The translations under genes and the position numbers were made by a program. Positions 31,738 through 40,973 of a stretch of 64,000 nt of DNA are shown one piece after another. How positions within the stretch are numbered: position 1 is the stretch's first letter; each line of letters opens with the position of its first letter. The notes below the pieces were generated by a model. That model searched no databases and was not told the origin of the DNA. It worked only from the letters and a program-made list of their open reading frames with translations. This DNA comes from Spirochaetia bacterium (GTDB lineage Bacteria; Spirochaetota; Spirochaetia; DSM-2461). The stretch spans positions 192,001-256,000 of the forward strand of contig CAXXIA010000001.1 of assembly GCA_963666985.2 (NCBI GenBank), read 5' to 3'.

Positions 31738-32418
31738 ATGGATATTGCTATGAATTCCAAAGAAACCGACGACGGGGCTCACGCTTCCGTTCATCATTCA
31801 GTCGAAGAGAAACTGAACTCCATCACGCATGGTATCGGCGCCGGTATGAGCATCGCGGGGATGATTTTTCTTTTAACCCTTACCGGATTGAACTCCGGCG
31901 GCGAAATGCGTTATGTCACTTTCAGCCTTTACGGTGCTTTTCAGATTTTGCTTTATCTTTCATCAGCGTTTACCCATGCGTTTACCGACCGGCCCGGAAT
32001 CCACAGACCCTTACGCGTACTGGATCAGGCGTCCGTTTACCTTCTCATCGCGGGCACCTACACGCCTGTTGCGCTTATTGCCTTAAGAGGTTCTTGGGGA
32101 TGGAGCATTTTCGGCATTATTTGGGGCCTGGCGATTGCCGGTATTCTGATGAAAACCGTTCTTCTTCCGGGGAAAAACATCGCGTCGGATCTTCTCTACA
32201 TCCCTATGGGCTGGCTTATAATCATCGCGTTCAAGCCCTTGCGGGACGCGGCTCCGAACGGATTCGTAATGTGGACCATGCTCGGCGGAGGACTCTATAC
32301 CGGCGGGATGGTTTTTTATCTGCTCAAAAAAATGCCGTTCAGTCATGTAATCTGGCATCTTTTTGTGCTGGCCGGCGGCGTTTCGTTTTACCTGGGATTT
32401 GCCAAGTATTTAACTTAA
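31738..32418 (+). CDS. Hemolysin III / PAQR-family membrane protein
   Basis: EEKLNSITHG, LDQASVYLLIAGTYTP, HVIWHLFVLAG. Confidence 0.9.
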   Translation: MDIAMNSKETDDGAHASVHHSVEEKLNSITHGIGAGMSIAGMIFLLTLTGLNSGGEMRYVTFSLYGAFQILLYLSSAFTHAFTDRPGIHRPLRVLDQASVYLLIAGTYTPVALIALRGSWGWSIFGIIWGLAIAGILMKTVLLPGKNIASDLLYIPMGWLIIIAFKPLRDAAPNGFVMWTMLGGGLYTGGMVFYLLKKMPFSHVIWHLFVLAGGVSFYLGFAKYLT

Positions 32419-32501
32419 AGAGGTTTTCGGCGCGCGGATGTTTTGTGGGGGCGGTGAGCTTTTACCTTCGACAAAAATGATCGTTCGGGTATAATTCGGC
32501 C

Positions 32502-33128
32502 ATGAACACCGCTCGATACATCGCTGTTCCGGCATCTTCCGGTGATTTTTCCCGTCTGGGACGCATTGAAGCGGCAGGTGATGCTCAGTTCCCGCCGGGG
32601 AGATTTCCCGGCGAGCCTGGAAGCGACAATGTTCCTTTAAGTGAATTGGAGAAGGCTCTTTCCGACGGGTTGCTTTGGATAGCCGTTGAAGAACGCGCCG
32701 TAGAAGAAAACGCCGAGGCGCCGTGGACCGCGGATGGTGAAGAGCTTCGGGATTCACATAACTCGAGGATTTCCTCCGGCGCGGATCGGGCTTTGGGTTT
32801 CGCCGTTTGTATCCGCCGCGCCGATCATCTTCATCTCCGGCAGATTGTCGTTGATCCTCCGTCGCAGCGCCGAGGGATTGGAAAATTGTTGCTTGAGCGG
32901 ATTTTCTCCGAAGCTCAGGAGCTGGGCTGCGCGGCGGTTACTCTTACCACATTCGCCGACATTCCGTGGAACGCTCCTTACTACCGCCTCCGCGGTTTTC
33001 TGACTGTCGAAGAGAGCGATTTAACGTCGGCTTTACGGAAAGATTTGGAAGAAGAACGGGCCGCCGGCATGTTTCGCCGCATTGCGATGATTCGGCCGAC
33101 GGGGATGTCATCTTTTTTTATTCCGTAA
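32502..33128 (+). CDS. GNAT-family N-acetyltransferase
   Basis: VDPPSQRRGIG, TLTTFADIPWNAPYYRLRGF. Confidence 0.88.
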   Translation: MNTARYIAVPASSGDFSRLGRIEAAGDAQFPPGRFPGEPGSDNVPLSELEKALSDGLLWIAVEERAVEENAEAPWTADGEELRDSHNSRISSGADRALGFAVCIRRADHLHLRQIVVDPPSQRRGIGKLLLERIFSEAQELGCAAVTLTTFADIPWNAPYYRLRGFLTVEESDLTSALRKDLEEERAAGMFRRIAMIRPTGMSSFFIP

Positions 33129-34290
33129 CCGCCATTTCTACAATAACAACCTCATGCCGGCCCGCTGTCCGGGGATACCAGAGGGAAATTCCCGAACCGC
33201 TGGAAACATCAAGGACTAAAGATCCGATTCGAGAGGTTCCGAAATGCCGCCCTTTCAAAATGTGCCGGAGCATTACATTCATGGGAAAGACCGGGCCGCC
33301 GTGCGTGTGGCCGGAGAGCTGAAGACGGACGCCCGCGGCGGCGGCCTCTTCCGCAAGTATCGGCTTATGGTTGATGAGGATCGTCGGCTGTTCCGTATCC
33401 AGTCCGGCCAGAGTTTTTCGGGCCGCCTTTTCGTCGGCGAGAGAGTACGGACGAAGTCCGACGAAGACGACGCCGTCCATGATAATTGATTCGTTTTCCA
33501 AGAAACGCCAGGGCAGAATGTTCATCACTCGAGCCAGTTGGGAGGTTTCAATAAAGGGCATTTCTTTCCGGTGCCGCTGATTATTCAAGAGCTGCCGGGA
33601 AGAGCCGGGGATGCTCAAGTAGTAGTAGTCATGATTTCCGAGAACCGCCAGCACACCAATCGGTGCTTTTATCCGCGATAAAGTCTTTAATATCGCCTCC
33701 ACATCACCGCCGGGGCCGTCGAAAAGATCTCCCCCGCAGATGATTAAATCCGGTGCCTCTTTCTCAGTTATCTTAACCAGGCGTTCGGCCATGTTCGGGC
33801 CGTTGAGGGAACCGTAATGCGTATCGGAGAAAAACAGGATGCGTCTGCCGTTCCAGGAGTCAGGGAATCCGGCGGCGATAAACGGGACACGCCTGATTGT
33901 CAGACGGCGGGCGTTGATGAGTCCCCAAACAACATGGATCAGGGCGAGAGTATAGATGAGCTTGAAGCCCCAAGCGCTTGTGGGAACGGAAAAGCCGAGG
34001 AAATGGAGCACCGGTAGGGAAATTACCCGAATCGCCAGATACGCCAGAGATGCCATAAAAAGATCCAGAGTCAGTACAAAGGAAATCATGGAAATCCGGT
34101 AGATCATGCGGGCCGCCTGAGTATCTTTTTTAAAGGCGATATCACGGCCGAAAACAAGCAGGAGGGACTGGAACGCCGCAGTTCCGATAACCGCCGGTAT
34201 CCAGTCGCCCGGCGGCAGGGGAGCAAAGCGGATGATGGTCCAGGTCGGGAGGGCGTGCAACAGGAAGACGGCTATGAATTGCGGAATCAT
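33118..34290 (-). CDS. Membrane-anchored metallophosphoesterase (YkuE-like)
   Basis: N-terminal TMs; DTH, GGD, GNHD, GHTHGG. Confidence 0.88.
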   Translation of the reverse strand: MIPQFIAVFLLHALPTWTIIRFAPLPPGDWIPAVIGTAAFQSLLLVFGRDIAFKKDTQAARMIYRISMISFVLTLDLFMASLAYLAIRVISLPVLHFLGFSVPTSAWGFKLIYTLALIHVVWGLINARRLTIRRVPFIAAGFPDSWNGRRILFFSDTHYGSLNGPNMAERLVKITEKEAPDLIICGGDLFDGPGGDVEAILKTLSRIKAPIGVLAVLGNHDYYYLSIPGSSRQLLNNQRHRKEMPFIETSQLARVMNILPWRFLENESIIMDGVVFVGLRPYSLADEKAARKTLAGLDTEQPTILINHKPILAEEAAAAGVRLQLSGHTHGGPVFPMNVMLRHILKGRHFGTSRIGSLVLDVSSGSGISLWYPRTAGRHEVVIVEMAVTE

Positions 34291-34727
34291 CGAATGTAGG
34301 ATAACGGCTGGAAAACATGGTGTTCAACCGGCGGGCACGGATTGTCACGGATACATTCGGTGTCGAAGTTTGTTTCGGCGTTCGGCAGAATATTCGCGGC
34401 TTTATACTTCTTTCCTTCTCTTCATAGTAAATCATGAAATGATTACCGAGATAAATAACGAGCCAATAGGAGTTCTTTCCTTGGGAAAAGTGTTTCCATG
34501 CAGGTCGGGTGATTACTAAGTGTCCGACCTGCAAGGAGATATCCAAATTATCGAGTTTAATATGCTCAAACGAAACCTAAGCGGATCAATTCGTCTGATT
34601 TCGGCAGGCTCATCGTAAAGACTCTCTTCGCCGATCGAATCATTTTGACGGGAGATCCTTTCCATGGTTTCGCAGTGGTTGGCTTTTTAAAAATAGTGAG
34701 TATCGAGAACTTTTATGAAACAAATAT

Positions 34728-34756
34728 TTGACATGGTTACATAGCCGGTATAGTAT
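34728..34756 (+). promoter_or_regulatory. sigma70-type promoter of dctPQM
   Basis: TTGACA-17-TAGTAT. Confidence 0.65.
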
Positions 34757-34768
34757 GAATGCCGATGA

Positions 34769-34795
34769 GAGAAACCGCTTACATATATATATCAT
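34769..34795 (+). promoter_or_regulatory. Island operator copy 1
   Basis: GAGAAACCGCTTACAT-ATATAT-ATCAT. Confidence 0.8.
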
Positions 34796-34985
34796 TAAGT
34801 CTTCTCTTCCGCTGCCGGATCGACGTGTCCGAAAGGCGGATGTCGGTTGACGGCAAAAAGCAATGGAAAAGACGTCGGCTCGGAATAACGGAATAAGCTT
34901 TTGTTTTATGGTGAAAAGTATAATTATCCCTGTTCTATGAAGGGGAAATTGTATAAAAAAAAACTCAAAAGGAAGAGGAGCAAAA

Positions 34986-36035
34986 ATGAAAAAAGGACTT
35001 TACATCACACTCGCATTGGTTCTTGTTTTCGCGTTTTTAACGGGTTGTGATAATAAGAAGGCTGAGGATACGTCTGATAAGGAGAAAAAGGTAAATCTTA
35101 CATTCGCCATGTATCTGCCTGATTTTGACGCCAGCACCAAGGACTGTGTTAAATACCTTGAAATGATCAAGGAAGCGACCGGCGGAACCGTTGATTACAC
35201 CTTGTATGCCGGCAGTCAGTTGTGTGCCGCCAACGAAGAACTTGACGCCGTGAGAAGCGGACTGGCCGATGTTGCTTTTTTCCCGGTTGCTTACGGCTCC
35301 GGCAACTTGCCTGAAAGCTTCCTTATGGAATATCCCGGCGTCAAATTTGTCAACGGAAAAGCCGCCTCCTATACCGTTATGGACTGGTTCAATCAGGTCC
35401 GACCCGAGGAACTCTCCGACTTCAAGCTTCTGTTTGCGCTGGGGCAGGGCAACGGCTGCGTTATGACGACCTTCCCTGTTGAAAAATTTGAGGATTTGGC
35501 CGGACATCAGATCCGTTCGGGCGACTCTCAGGCTCCCATTATTACGGCTTACGGAGCCACCCCGACCGTTATGGTGTTCTCCGAGGTTTATGAAGGTTTA
35601 AGAACAGGCGTTGTCGAGGGATTCTACGGGCTGGCTTGTGCCGGCAACAGTGTTAAGCTTTATGAAGTTACAGATTACGCCGTTAAAGATCCTTACTACA
35701 TGGGAACCTATATCATGGTTATGAATCAGGATGTCTGGAATTCTCTCTCTGAAGATCAGCAGACAGCAATCACAGAGACGACCGCCACCGCTTTTGAAGA
35801 GTTTCTCGCCGCCGGCAGAGATGCCGACGCGCAGGTTGCATACGACAATTTTAAAGCCAACGGCCTGACGGTCGTAGATTTTGATCAGGAAAACCTTGAG
35901 AAAATGATCGGTGCTTCCGGCTATTTGCAGGAAGATTATGCCGCCGGCCTTGATGCGCAGGGTTTTGACGGCACGGGCAACCTTGAGCTCTTCAAGAAGC
36001 TTGCGGAAAAGTACAACGCTGAATATGCCGACTGA
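34986..36035 (+). CDS. dctP: TRAP transporter substrate-binding lipoprotein DctP
   Basis: Lipobox LTGC; FEDLAGHQIR (conserved Arg), FSEVYEGLRTGVVEG, MNQDVWNSLSED. Confidence 0.9.
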   Translation: MKKGLYITLALVLVFAFLTGCDNKKAEDTSDKEKKVNLTFAMYLPDFDASTKDCVKYLEMIKEATGGTVDYTLYAGSQLCAANEELDAVRSGLADVAFFPVAYGSGNLPESFLMEYPGVKFVNGKAASYTVMDWFNQVRPEELSDFKLLFALGQGNGCVMTTFPVEKFEDLAGHQIRSGDSQAPIITAYGATPTVMVFSEVYEGLRTGVVEGFYGLACAGNSVKLYEVTDYAVKDPYYMGTYIMVMNQDVWNSLSEDQQTAITETTATAFEEFLAAGRDADAQVAYDNFKANGLTVVDFDQENLEKMIGASGYLQEDYAAGLDAQGFDGTGNLELFKKLAEKYNAEYAD

Positions 36036-36077
36036 TTTCTGAGAAAGTAATTAATCTATACGGCGTCTGATATTACG

Positions 36078-36107
36078 CTCACCGGGGCGTCCCAGCGTTT
36101 CGGTGAG
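36078..36107 (+). other. Stem-loop between dctP and dctQ
   Basis: CTCACCGGGGCG...CGTTTCGGTGAG; position typical of a binding-protein mRNA stabiliser. Confidence 0.45.
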
Positions 36108-36211
36108 TCTTGATTATTGGTTTGCATATCTTAGCAAACGCAAAATATAACTTACCATATCATATGTTGTATGTTATGCCTCGACTTTGAGGCGAGAGAG
36201 GTTGCGGCAAA

Positions 36212-36760
36212 ATGAAAAAATTTGTCTCAATGTTTTCCATGATGACCTCATGGTTAGCAAAGCTATCGGGAATCTTATTGTTTCTTATAAGCATTCTTGT
36301 ATGCGCCCATGTCATACTGCGCGGATTCTTTAACGCCGGTATACTCGGAACGTATGAATTAGTGCAATACGGTATGCTTGTCATTGTCTCGCTGACGCTT
36401 GCGGAAAACGAATTGACGGGCGGCAATATCATCGTCAATTTCGTTCTGGATAAAATGAAGCCTCGCACGGCCAGCGTTATCAGCATCATTATGTATTTTA
36501 TTACAATCATTTTTATGTCATACGTTCTTTACAATCAGGTCGGTATGATAGGAAGGAAGCTGGCCGACGGCTCAGTAACAGGTACGTTGGGCATACCTCA
36601 CTGGATTCTCGTCATCCTAATCTGCATCGGGCTTTTCTTCTTTGTCATCGCTTTTATCATCAGAGTCTACAACATGATTATAAATCACGGAAATATCGAG
36701 AATAAAAAGCTCTCTCGTGATGAAATAGCGGCCAATACCGAAATTAAATCCGAGTTTTAA
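36212..36760 (+). CDS. dctQ: TRAP transporter small permease DctQ
   Basis: Four TM helices, HVILRG, GTYELV; between dctP and dctM. Confidence 0.85.
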   Translation: MKKFVSMFSMMTSWLAKLSGILLFLISILVCAHVILRGFFNAGILGTYELVQYGMLVIVSLTLAENELTGGNIIVNFVLDKMKPRTASVISIIMYFITIIFMSYVLYNQVGMIGRKLADGSVTGTLGIPHWILVILICIGLFFFVIAFIIRVYNMIINHGNIENKKLSRDEIAANTEIKSEF

Positions 36761-36778
36761 GGAAGGGAAAAAATCGAT

Positions 36779-38092
36779 ATGGACCCTGTAACAATAGGCA
36801 TTTTGATGCTTATCGGATTTGTTGTTTTTATGTTTCTCGGCCTCCCAGTTCCGATCTCAATGATGCTTTTTTCCGTTGTGGGAATGGTTTTAATAAAATC
36901 ACCCGCCGCCGCTTTTCAGGCGGTCGCTTCGGATATCTTCATAAACTTTGCGTCTTATACGCTTACGGTTGCGCCTATATTCGGCCTTATGGGATTTTTA
37001 GCCAGTTATTCGGGTATAGGAGAAAGCCTGTTTAACGCCGCCGACAAATTTATAGGTCATAAGCGAGGCGGTATCGCTTCTTCCGTTCAGGTAGCCAGCG
37101 CCATTTTCGGCGCCATCTGCGGCTCCATTCCCGCCACGATGGGTACGATGGTTACCGTCGCTTTGCCTGAAATGGAAAAGCGTCATTATAAACCGAGTCT
37201 TTCAACCGCCGCTATCGCCGCCGGTTCCTCGCTGGCCGTACTGATTCCGCCCAGCGCCACGATGATCATCTATGGCGTTACCGCGGAGGAATCCATAGGC
37301 AGGCTGTTTATGGCCGGCGTCTTTCCCGGCGTTCTCCTGATGTTATTCCAGATTGCCGCGATCTATATCGTTGTTAAACGGCATCCCGAATATGCGCCCA
37401 TGTCGGAAAAATCCACCTGGGCGGAACGCTGGAACGCGATTCTCAAGGGCGGACTTTTAGAGGTTATCATCATTTTCCTGCTGTCGATCGGCGGTATGTT
37501 CATCGGCTGGTTTACTCCGACCGAAGCTGCGTCCGTCGGAGCCATGGGCATGCTGATTATCGGCCTTGTTGAGCGGAAAATTAATTGGCAGAAGCTTATG
37601 ACCTGCCTTGTCGCTTCCGCCAAACTTGCCGCCATGGTTTTCTTCATAATCACCTGCGGTACACTGTTCGGCCGTATGTTCACGCTTTCCACGATTCCCT
37701 CGGCATTGGCGAACTTCGTAACAACACTCAATGTGGCTCCATGGGTTCTCATGGGCATTATCCTTCTGCTTTATTTTGTGCTGGGTATGTTTATAGACGG
37801 CATAGCGATCATTCTGATTACCGTCCCTATTTTTACGCCCATTTTGAGCGGTCTTGGCTACGATGCCGTCTGGTACGGCGTTCTGATCGTTTTGGTTCTC
37901 TGCCTCGGCGGCCTAACACCGCCAGTCGGACTCAACTGTTTCTATATGAAGGGATTTGCCAAGCATGTTCCGCTTTCCACGATTTTTTCAGGCGTTTGGC
38001 CGTTCGTCTTCTCGATTCTCCTGGCGATGATTGTCATCATGCTCTTTCCGGGGCTGGCCACATGGCTGCCGACGGCTCTTTACGGGGTTTGA
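36779..38092 (+). CDS. dctM: TRAP transporter large permease DctM
   Basis: FGAICGS, LIPPS, SIGRLFMAGVFPG, FTPTEAA, LTPPVGLN. Confidence 0.93.
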   Translation: MDPVTIGILMLIGFVVFMFLGLPVPISMMLFSVVGMVLIKSPAAAFQAVASDIFINFASYTLTVAPIFGLMGFLASYSGIGESLFNAADKFIGHKRGGIASSVQVASAIFGAICGSIPATMGTMVTVALPEMEKRHYKPSLSTAAIAAGSSLAVLIPPSATMIIYGVTAEESIGRLFMAGVFPGVLLMLFQIAAIYIVVKRHPEYAPMSEKSTWAERWNAILKGGLLEVIIIFLLSIGGMFIGWFTPTEAASVGAMGMLIIGLVERKINWQKLMTCLVASAKLAAMVFFIITCGTLFGRMFTLSTIPSALANFVTTLNVAPWVLMGIILLLYFVLGMFIDGIAIILITVPIFTPILSGLGYDAVWYGVLIVLVLCLGGLTPPVGLNCFYMKGFAKHVPLSTIFSGVWPFVFSILLAMIVIMLFPGLATWLPTALYGV

Positions 38093-38148
38093 CGGTTTTA
38101 AACCGGTCTATATCGGCTGCAATTTTCCGCATCTCTTCAGAGAAATTG

Positions 38149-38188
38149 AAAAGGGGGCTGTCCCATAAAGGGCGGCCCCTTTCTTTTT
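38149..38188 (+). terminator. Terminator after dctM
   Basis: GGGGCTGTCCC-ATAAA-GGGCGGCCCC followed by TTTCTTTTT. Confidence 0.65.
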
Positions 38189-38274
38189 CCGATAAAAAAA
38201 CTTCCCGTTTTTCAAGAAAATATCTTTTTATGATGAAGCCGAAGAAAACCTCTTGAATTTGGTCGTTCCCTAAT

Positions 38275-38319
38275 AATAAAAAAACGGGGCTGTCTTAAAA
38301 ATGATAAGACAACCCCGTT
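38275..38319 (-). terminator. Terminator of the isomerase-like gene
   Basis: AACGGGGCTGTCTTA...TAAGACAACCCCGTT with an A run on the left (U tract on minus strand). Confidence 0.65.
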
Positions 38320-38410
38320 AAAATAAAACAAGAAAACCTGGCTGAATGCCATCAAGATTGAACGATCACCGATCATCCCATCTTGAAAAGTCAAAACAAA
38401 AGACCTGACC

Positions 38411-39928
38411 TTACACTGTAAGCAGCTCAAAGCCCAGTATTTTACCAAGCCTGACCATTTGATTAAAACAGTCTCCGTAGACCAGCGGCGTGTGGTTGCC
38501 AACTTGGCTTAATTTATCGAAAAAATCATCGGAATCAACAACCTGGAAAATAACTCCCTCGGTACAATTCTGTTTGTCATAGCCAATACCGCAGACCACA
38601 GTCCCTCTGGCAATGAAAAGCTTGCCGCAGGTGGGATCGATTCGACACATGGTGATAGGTTGTCCTTTGTCTTGGTTGAAGTTATAGCGTATGGTTGCTC
38701 CCCAGCCGCTATAGGCAAACGAACGTATCGCATAGGAACCGTTAGGTTTATCGAATCCTTTCAATTTCCGATTGGGAACCGAATGCCAGGTAAGAACCAG
38801 GTTTTCCATATTTTGAAGCTTTTTCTCCACCTCTTTTTCATCAAAATTACCCATCTCATTGTTTTTGATCGGATTGGTAATGGTGTTCCCCATGTAAGGA
38901 GCGGATCGAGCCGTATTCGACAGCATTACCATGGAAAGGAGAGCCGGGATATCATATTCACAGGAGGAGGGGATACCATTTTCATTATTCAGCGAATGGT
39001 TGAGGCAGAACGTAAACTTTTCCTCATTGAATCTTCTGGTGGCGCAGATATCGAAACAGGGAGCGGTAAAGGCGTTGCAGCCGGTTTTTTCCATCAATTT
39101 GTTGATAAGGTAATGGGCTTTCAGTGAGGGATAGACATTCTCGGGCGTCATATCACATTCCTCTGCGCCTTCAATAAACTCATTCGTCAGTCTTTTGATT
39201 TTTGTTTCGTCTGTATCGTTTATGTTGGGCTCATCTTTTCCGGGAGCGGTCGGGTTTTCACCGCTTGGAACATTATGAAGCTGGTCGAAAAACTCATGAA
39301 TATTATAATAAATGAAGCGCACGCCTAATTTGTCACTGACATCATCCAGGGACAGAAAGGCGTCGATCATGCCCGGAGCCCTGCCTGAATTAAGACGGTT
39401 GAACGCCAGAACCCTGGTTTGAGAAAGAGCTTTGCGAACCCTGAGCGCTTTAATAACATCAACAGCATCGTCTATGGTCTGACAGGGATAAACTTCATAT
39501 CCCCTGGCCAGCAGTGAAGCCGTAGATACGGTGTTAAGGCATCTGCCCAGAACGATCATCGGTTTTTTATATTTCCGGGGGAATTCCAACAGTAAATCCG
39601 TTACGGCGCCCTTAAAAATGTACAGGTCAACCTGATCGCTGTCTTTTCCCACCAAATCGAGATCGGCATCGGTTACCAGGAAACTTTCATCATACTGAAA
39701 ATGAATCGGTTCCAGGATATTGGCTTCATCAGTCGGAACCGCGCTCATAACACTCTCTATAAATGATTTATGTTTTTCGTCGTTTGCCCGTAAATCGTGT
39801 TCCTTTTTCAGCTTTTCACCCTCTTCAAAGCGGCAGGGCCCTTCAAATACGTAATTGTGGTACAGGCTGAGCGTTACCGGTCTGACATTGAGTTTGATCC
39901 CGAGGGTTGTGTTGATTTTAAAATCCAT
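38411..39928 (-). CDS. L-fucose/L-arabinose isomerase-like protein
   Basis: SSCEYD, YMGN, LTWHS, GQPITMCR, NCTEG, GNHTPLVYGD; AAAGGA SD before ATG 39928. Confidence 0.7.
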   Translation of the reverse strand: MDFKINTTLGIKLNVRPVTLSLYHNYVFEGPCRFEEGEKLKKEHDLRANDEKHKSFIESVMSAVPTDEANILEPIHFQYDESFLVTDADLDLVGKDSDQVDLYIFKGAVTDLLLEFPRKYKKPMIVLGRCLNTVSTASLLARGYEVYPCQTIDDAVDVIKALRVRKALSQTRVLAFNRLNSGRAPGMIDAFLSLDDVSDKLGVRFIYYNIHEFFDQLHNVPSGENPTAPGKDEPNINDTDETKIKRLTNEFIEGAEECDMTPENVYPSLKAHYLINKLMEKTGCNAFTAPCFDICATRRFNEEKFTFCLNHSLNNENGIPSSCEYDIPALLSMVMLSNTARSAPYMGNTITNPIKNNEMGNFDEKEVEKKLQNMENLVLTWHSVPNRKLKGFDKPNGSYAIRSFAYSGWGATIRYNFNQDKGQPITMCRIDPTCGKLFIARGTVVCGIGYDKQNCTEGVIFQVVDSDDFFDKLSQVGNHTPLVYGDCFNQMVRLGKILGFELLTV

Positions 39929-40093
39929 ATTTTTTCCTTTTACATTTTGGGGATGATAAGCAGCAAGCAAAGCGAGGTAAAATCCAAGCTTTTTTAATTT
40001 ATCTCCTCCATGTGCTTTCTTTTGGCGGGAGTCCATTTTTTTAAGTGTCACATTTTCTGAATCTCATAAATTATTTCAGGTTATTAATAGTTT

Positions 40094-40120
40094 ATGATAA
40101 ATAAATGTAAGCGTTATCTC
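40094..40120 (-). promoter_or_regulatory. Island operator copy 2
   Basis: Minus strand GAGATAACGCTTACAT-TTATTT-ATCAT. Confidence 0.8.
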
Positions 40121-40131
40121 TTATATCCTGC

Positions 40132-40173
40132 ATATTGTACTCCTTTTCCCGTTATGTCAATCAATTGTTACAT
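40132..40173 (-). promoter_or_regulatory. Promoter of the isomerase-like gene
   Basis: TTGACA (40160-40155), -10 TACAAT/CAATAT at 15/17 spacing; 20-mer ATGTAACAATTGATTGACAT shared with 49379-49398. Confidence 0.6.
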
Positions 40174-40744
40174 TTGTTACATTTTAACTCTCTGCTTTTA
40201 GGAGTTCACAAAGCCATGCGAGATTGTCGGAAGAATGCATGGTTCAGAGTGATTTTGCCGATGGATGGAACTCTAGAGATGAGTTTTTCGAAATCAGACG
40301 ATATAGCCGTTTTGGGATCTGGATAGGTTTACACGAATCAGGTTCCGGAAAACGATTCACTTCATCAGCTTTTTGTTCAAGCGGTTTTTCCTTCGAAAGG
40401 GAGTGCAAGAATGAATTGTGAGGTGTTTTGGAACCTCATTTTCTTCATACTTCTTTTGAAAATGTATTCAAATGTCTTAAACGGTAAGTTTTTTCATCTT
40501 CGAAATGTACAAAAATGCTGAAAATTTATTTCATCGCCGTCAAAGCCGCCTCTCCGGATTTTGTTATGAAAATGCGGTTTCAGCTAGACATCTTCGGTAT
40601 AATTCCGCGCTTACGGCTGTGGTCCGATTTCGGATTAGAAAGATCTTTGGTTATTAATGATTATCCCTGTTGCTGGAAAACAACCGGAAGTCGGCGCGGT
40701 CATATTTTTGATTGATGCAGCGAACGGTGTACGGAAGCAATTGC

Positions 40745-40773
40745 TTGACTTCCAATTTGAACAAGTATAGAAT
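40745..40773 (+). promoter_or_regulatory. Promoter of catabolic operon A
   Basis: TTGACT-17-TAGAAT. Confidence 0.65.
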
Positions 40774-40774
40774 C

Positions 40775-40801
40775 AGGGAAGCGCTTACATAATAGTATCA
40801 T
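40775..40801 (+). promoter_or_regulatory. Island operator copy 3
   Basis: AGGGAAGCGCTTACAT-AATAGT-ATCAT. Confidence 0.8.
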
Positions 40802-40973
40802 AAATTGTAGCGGCAAGCTGAAAAGCTTTAATCATATTAAAATGATGAGAAATCAAACAGCGGCTTTTATGGACGCGGCCTGTCGCTGTTTTAAGGCCTG
40901 ATTCGTCCTTATGACAGATTTATGAATGGCCCGTTTCAATCGGCACCGAAAGGTATTGGAGAAGAAAACCATA

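Noticed and set aside
34291..34727. Island boundary att site, integrase or tRNA
   Set aside because: None visible; foreign origin rests only on composition and SD usage
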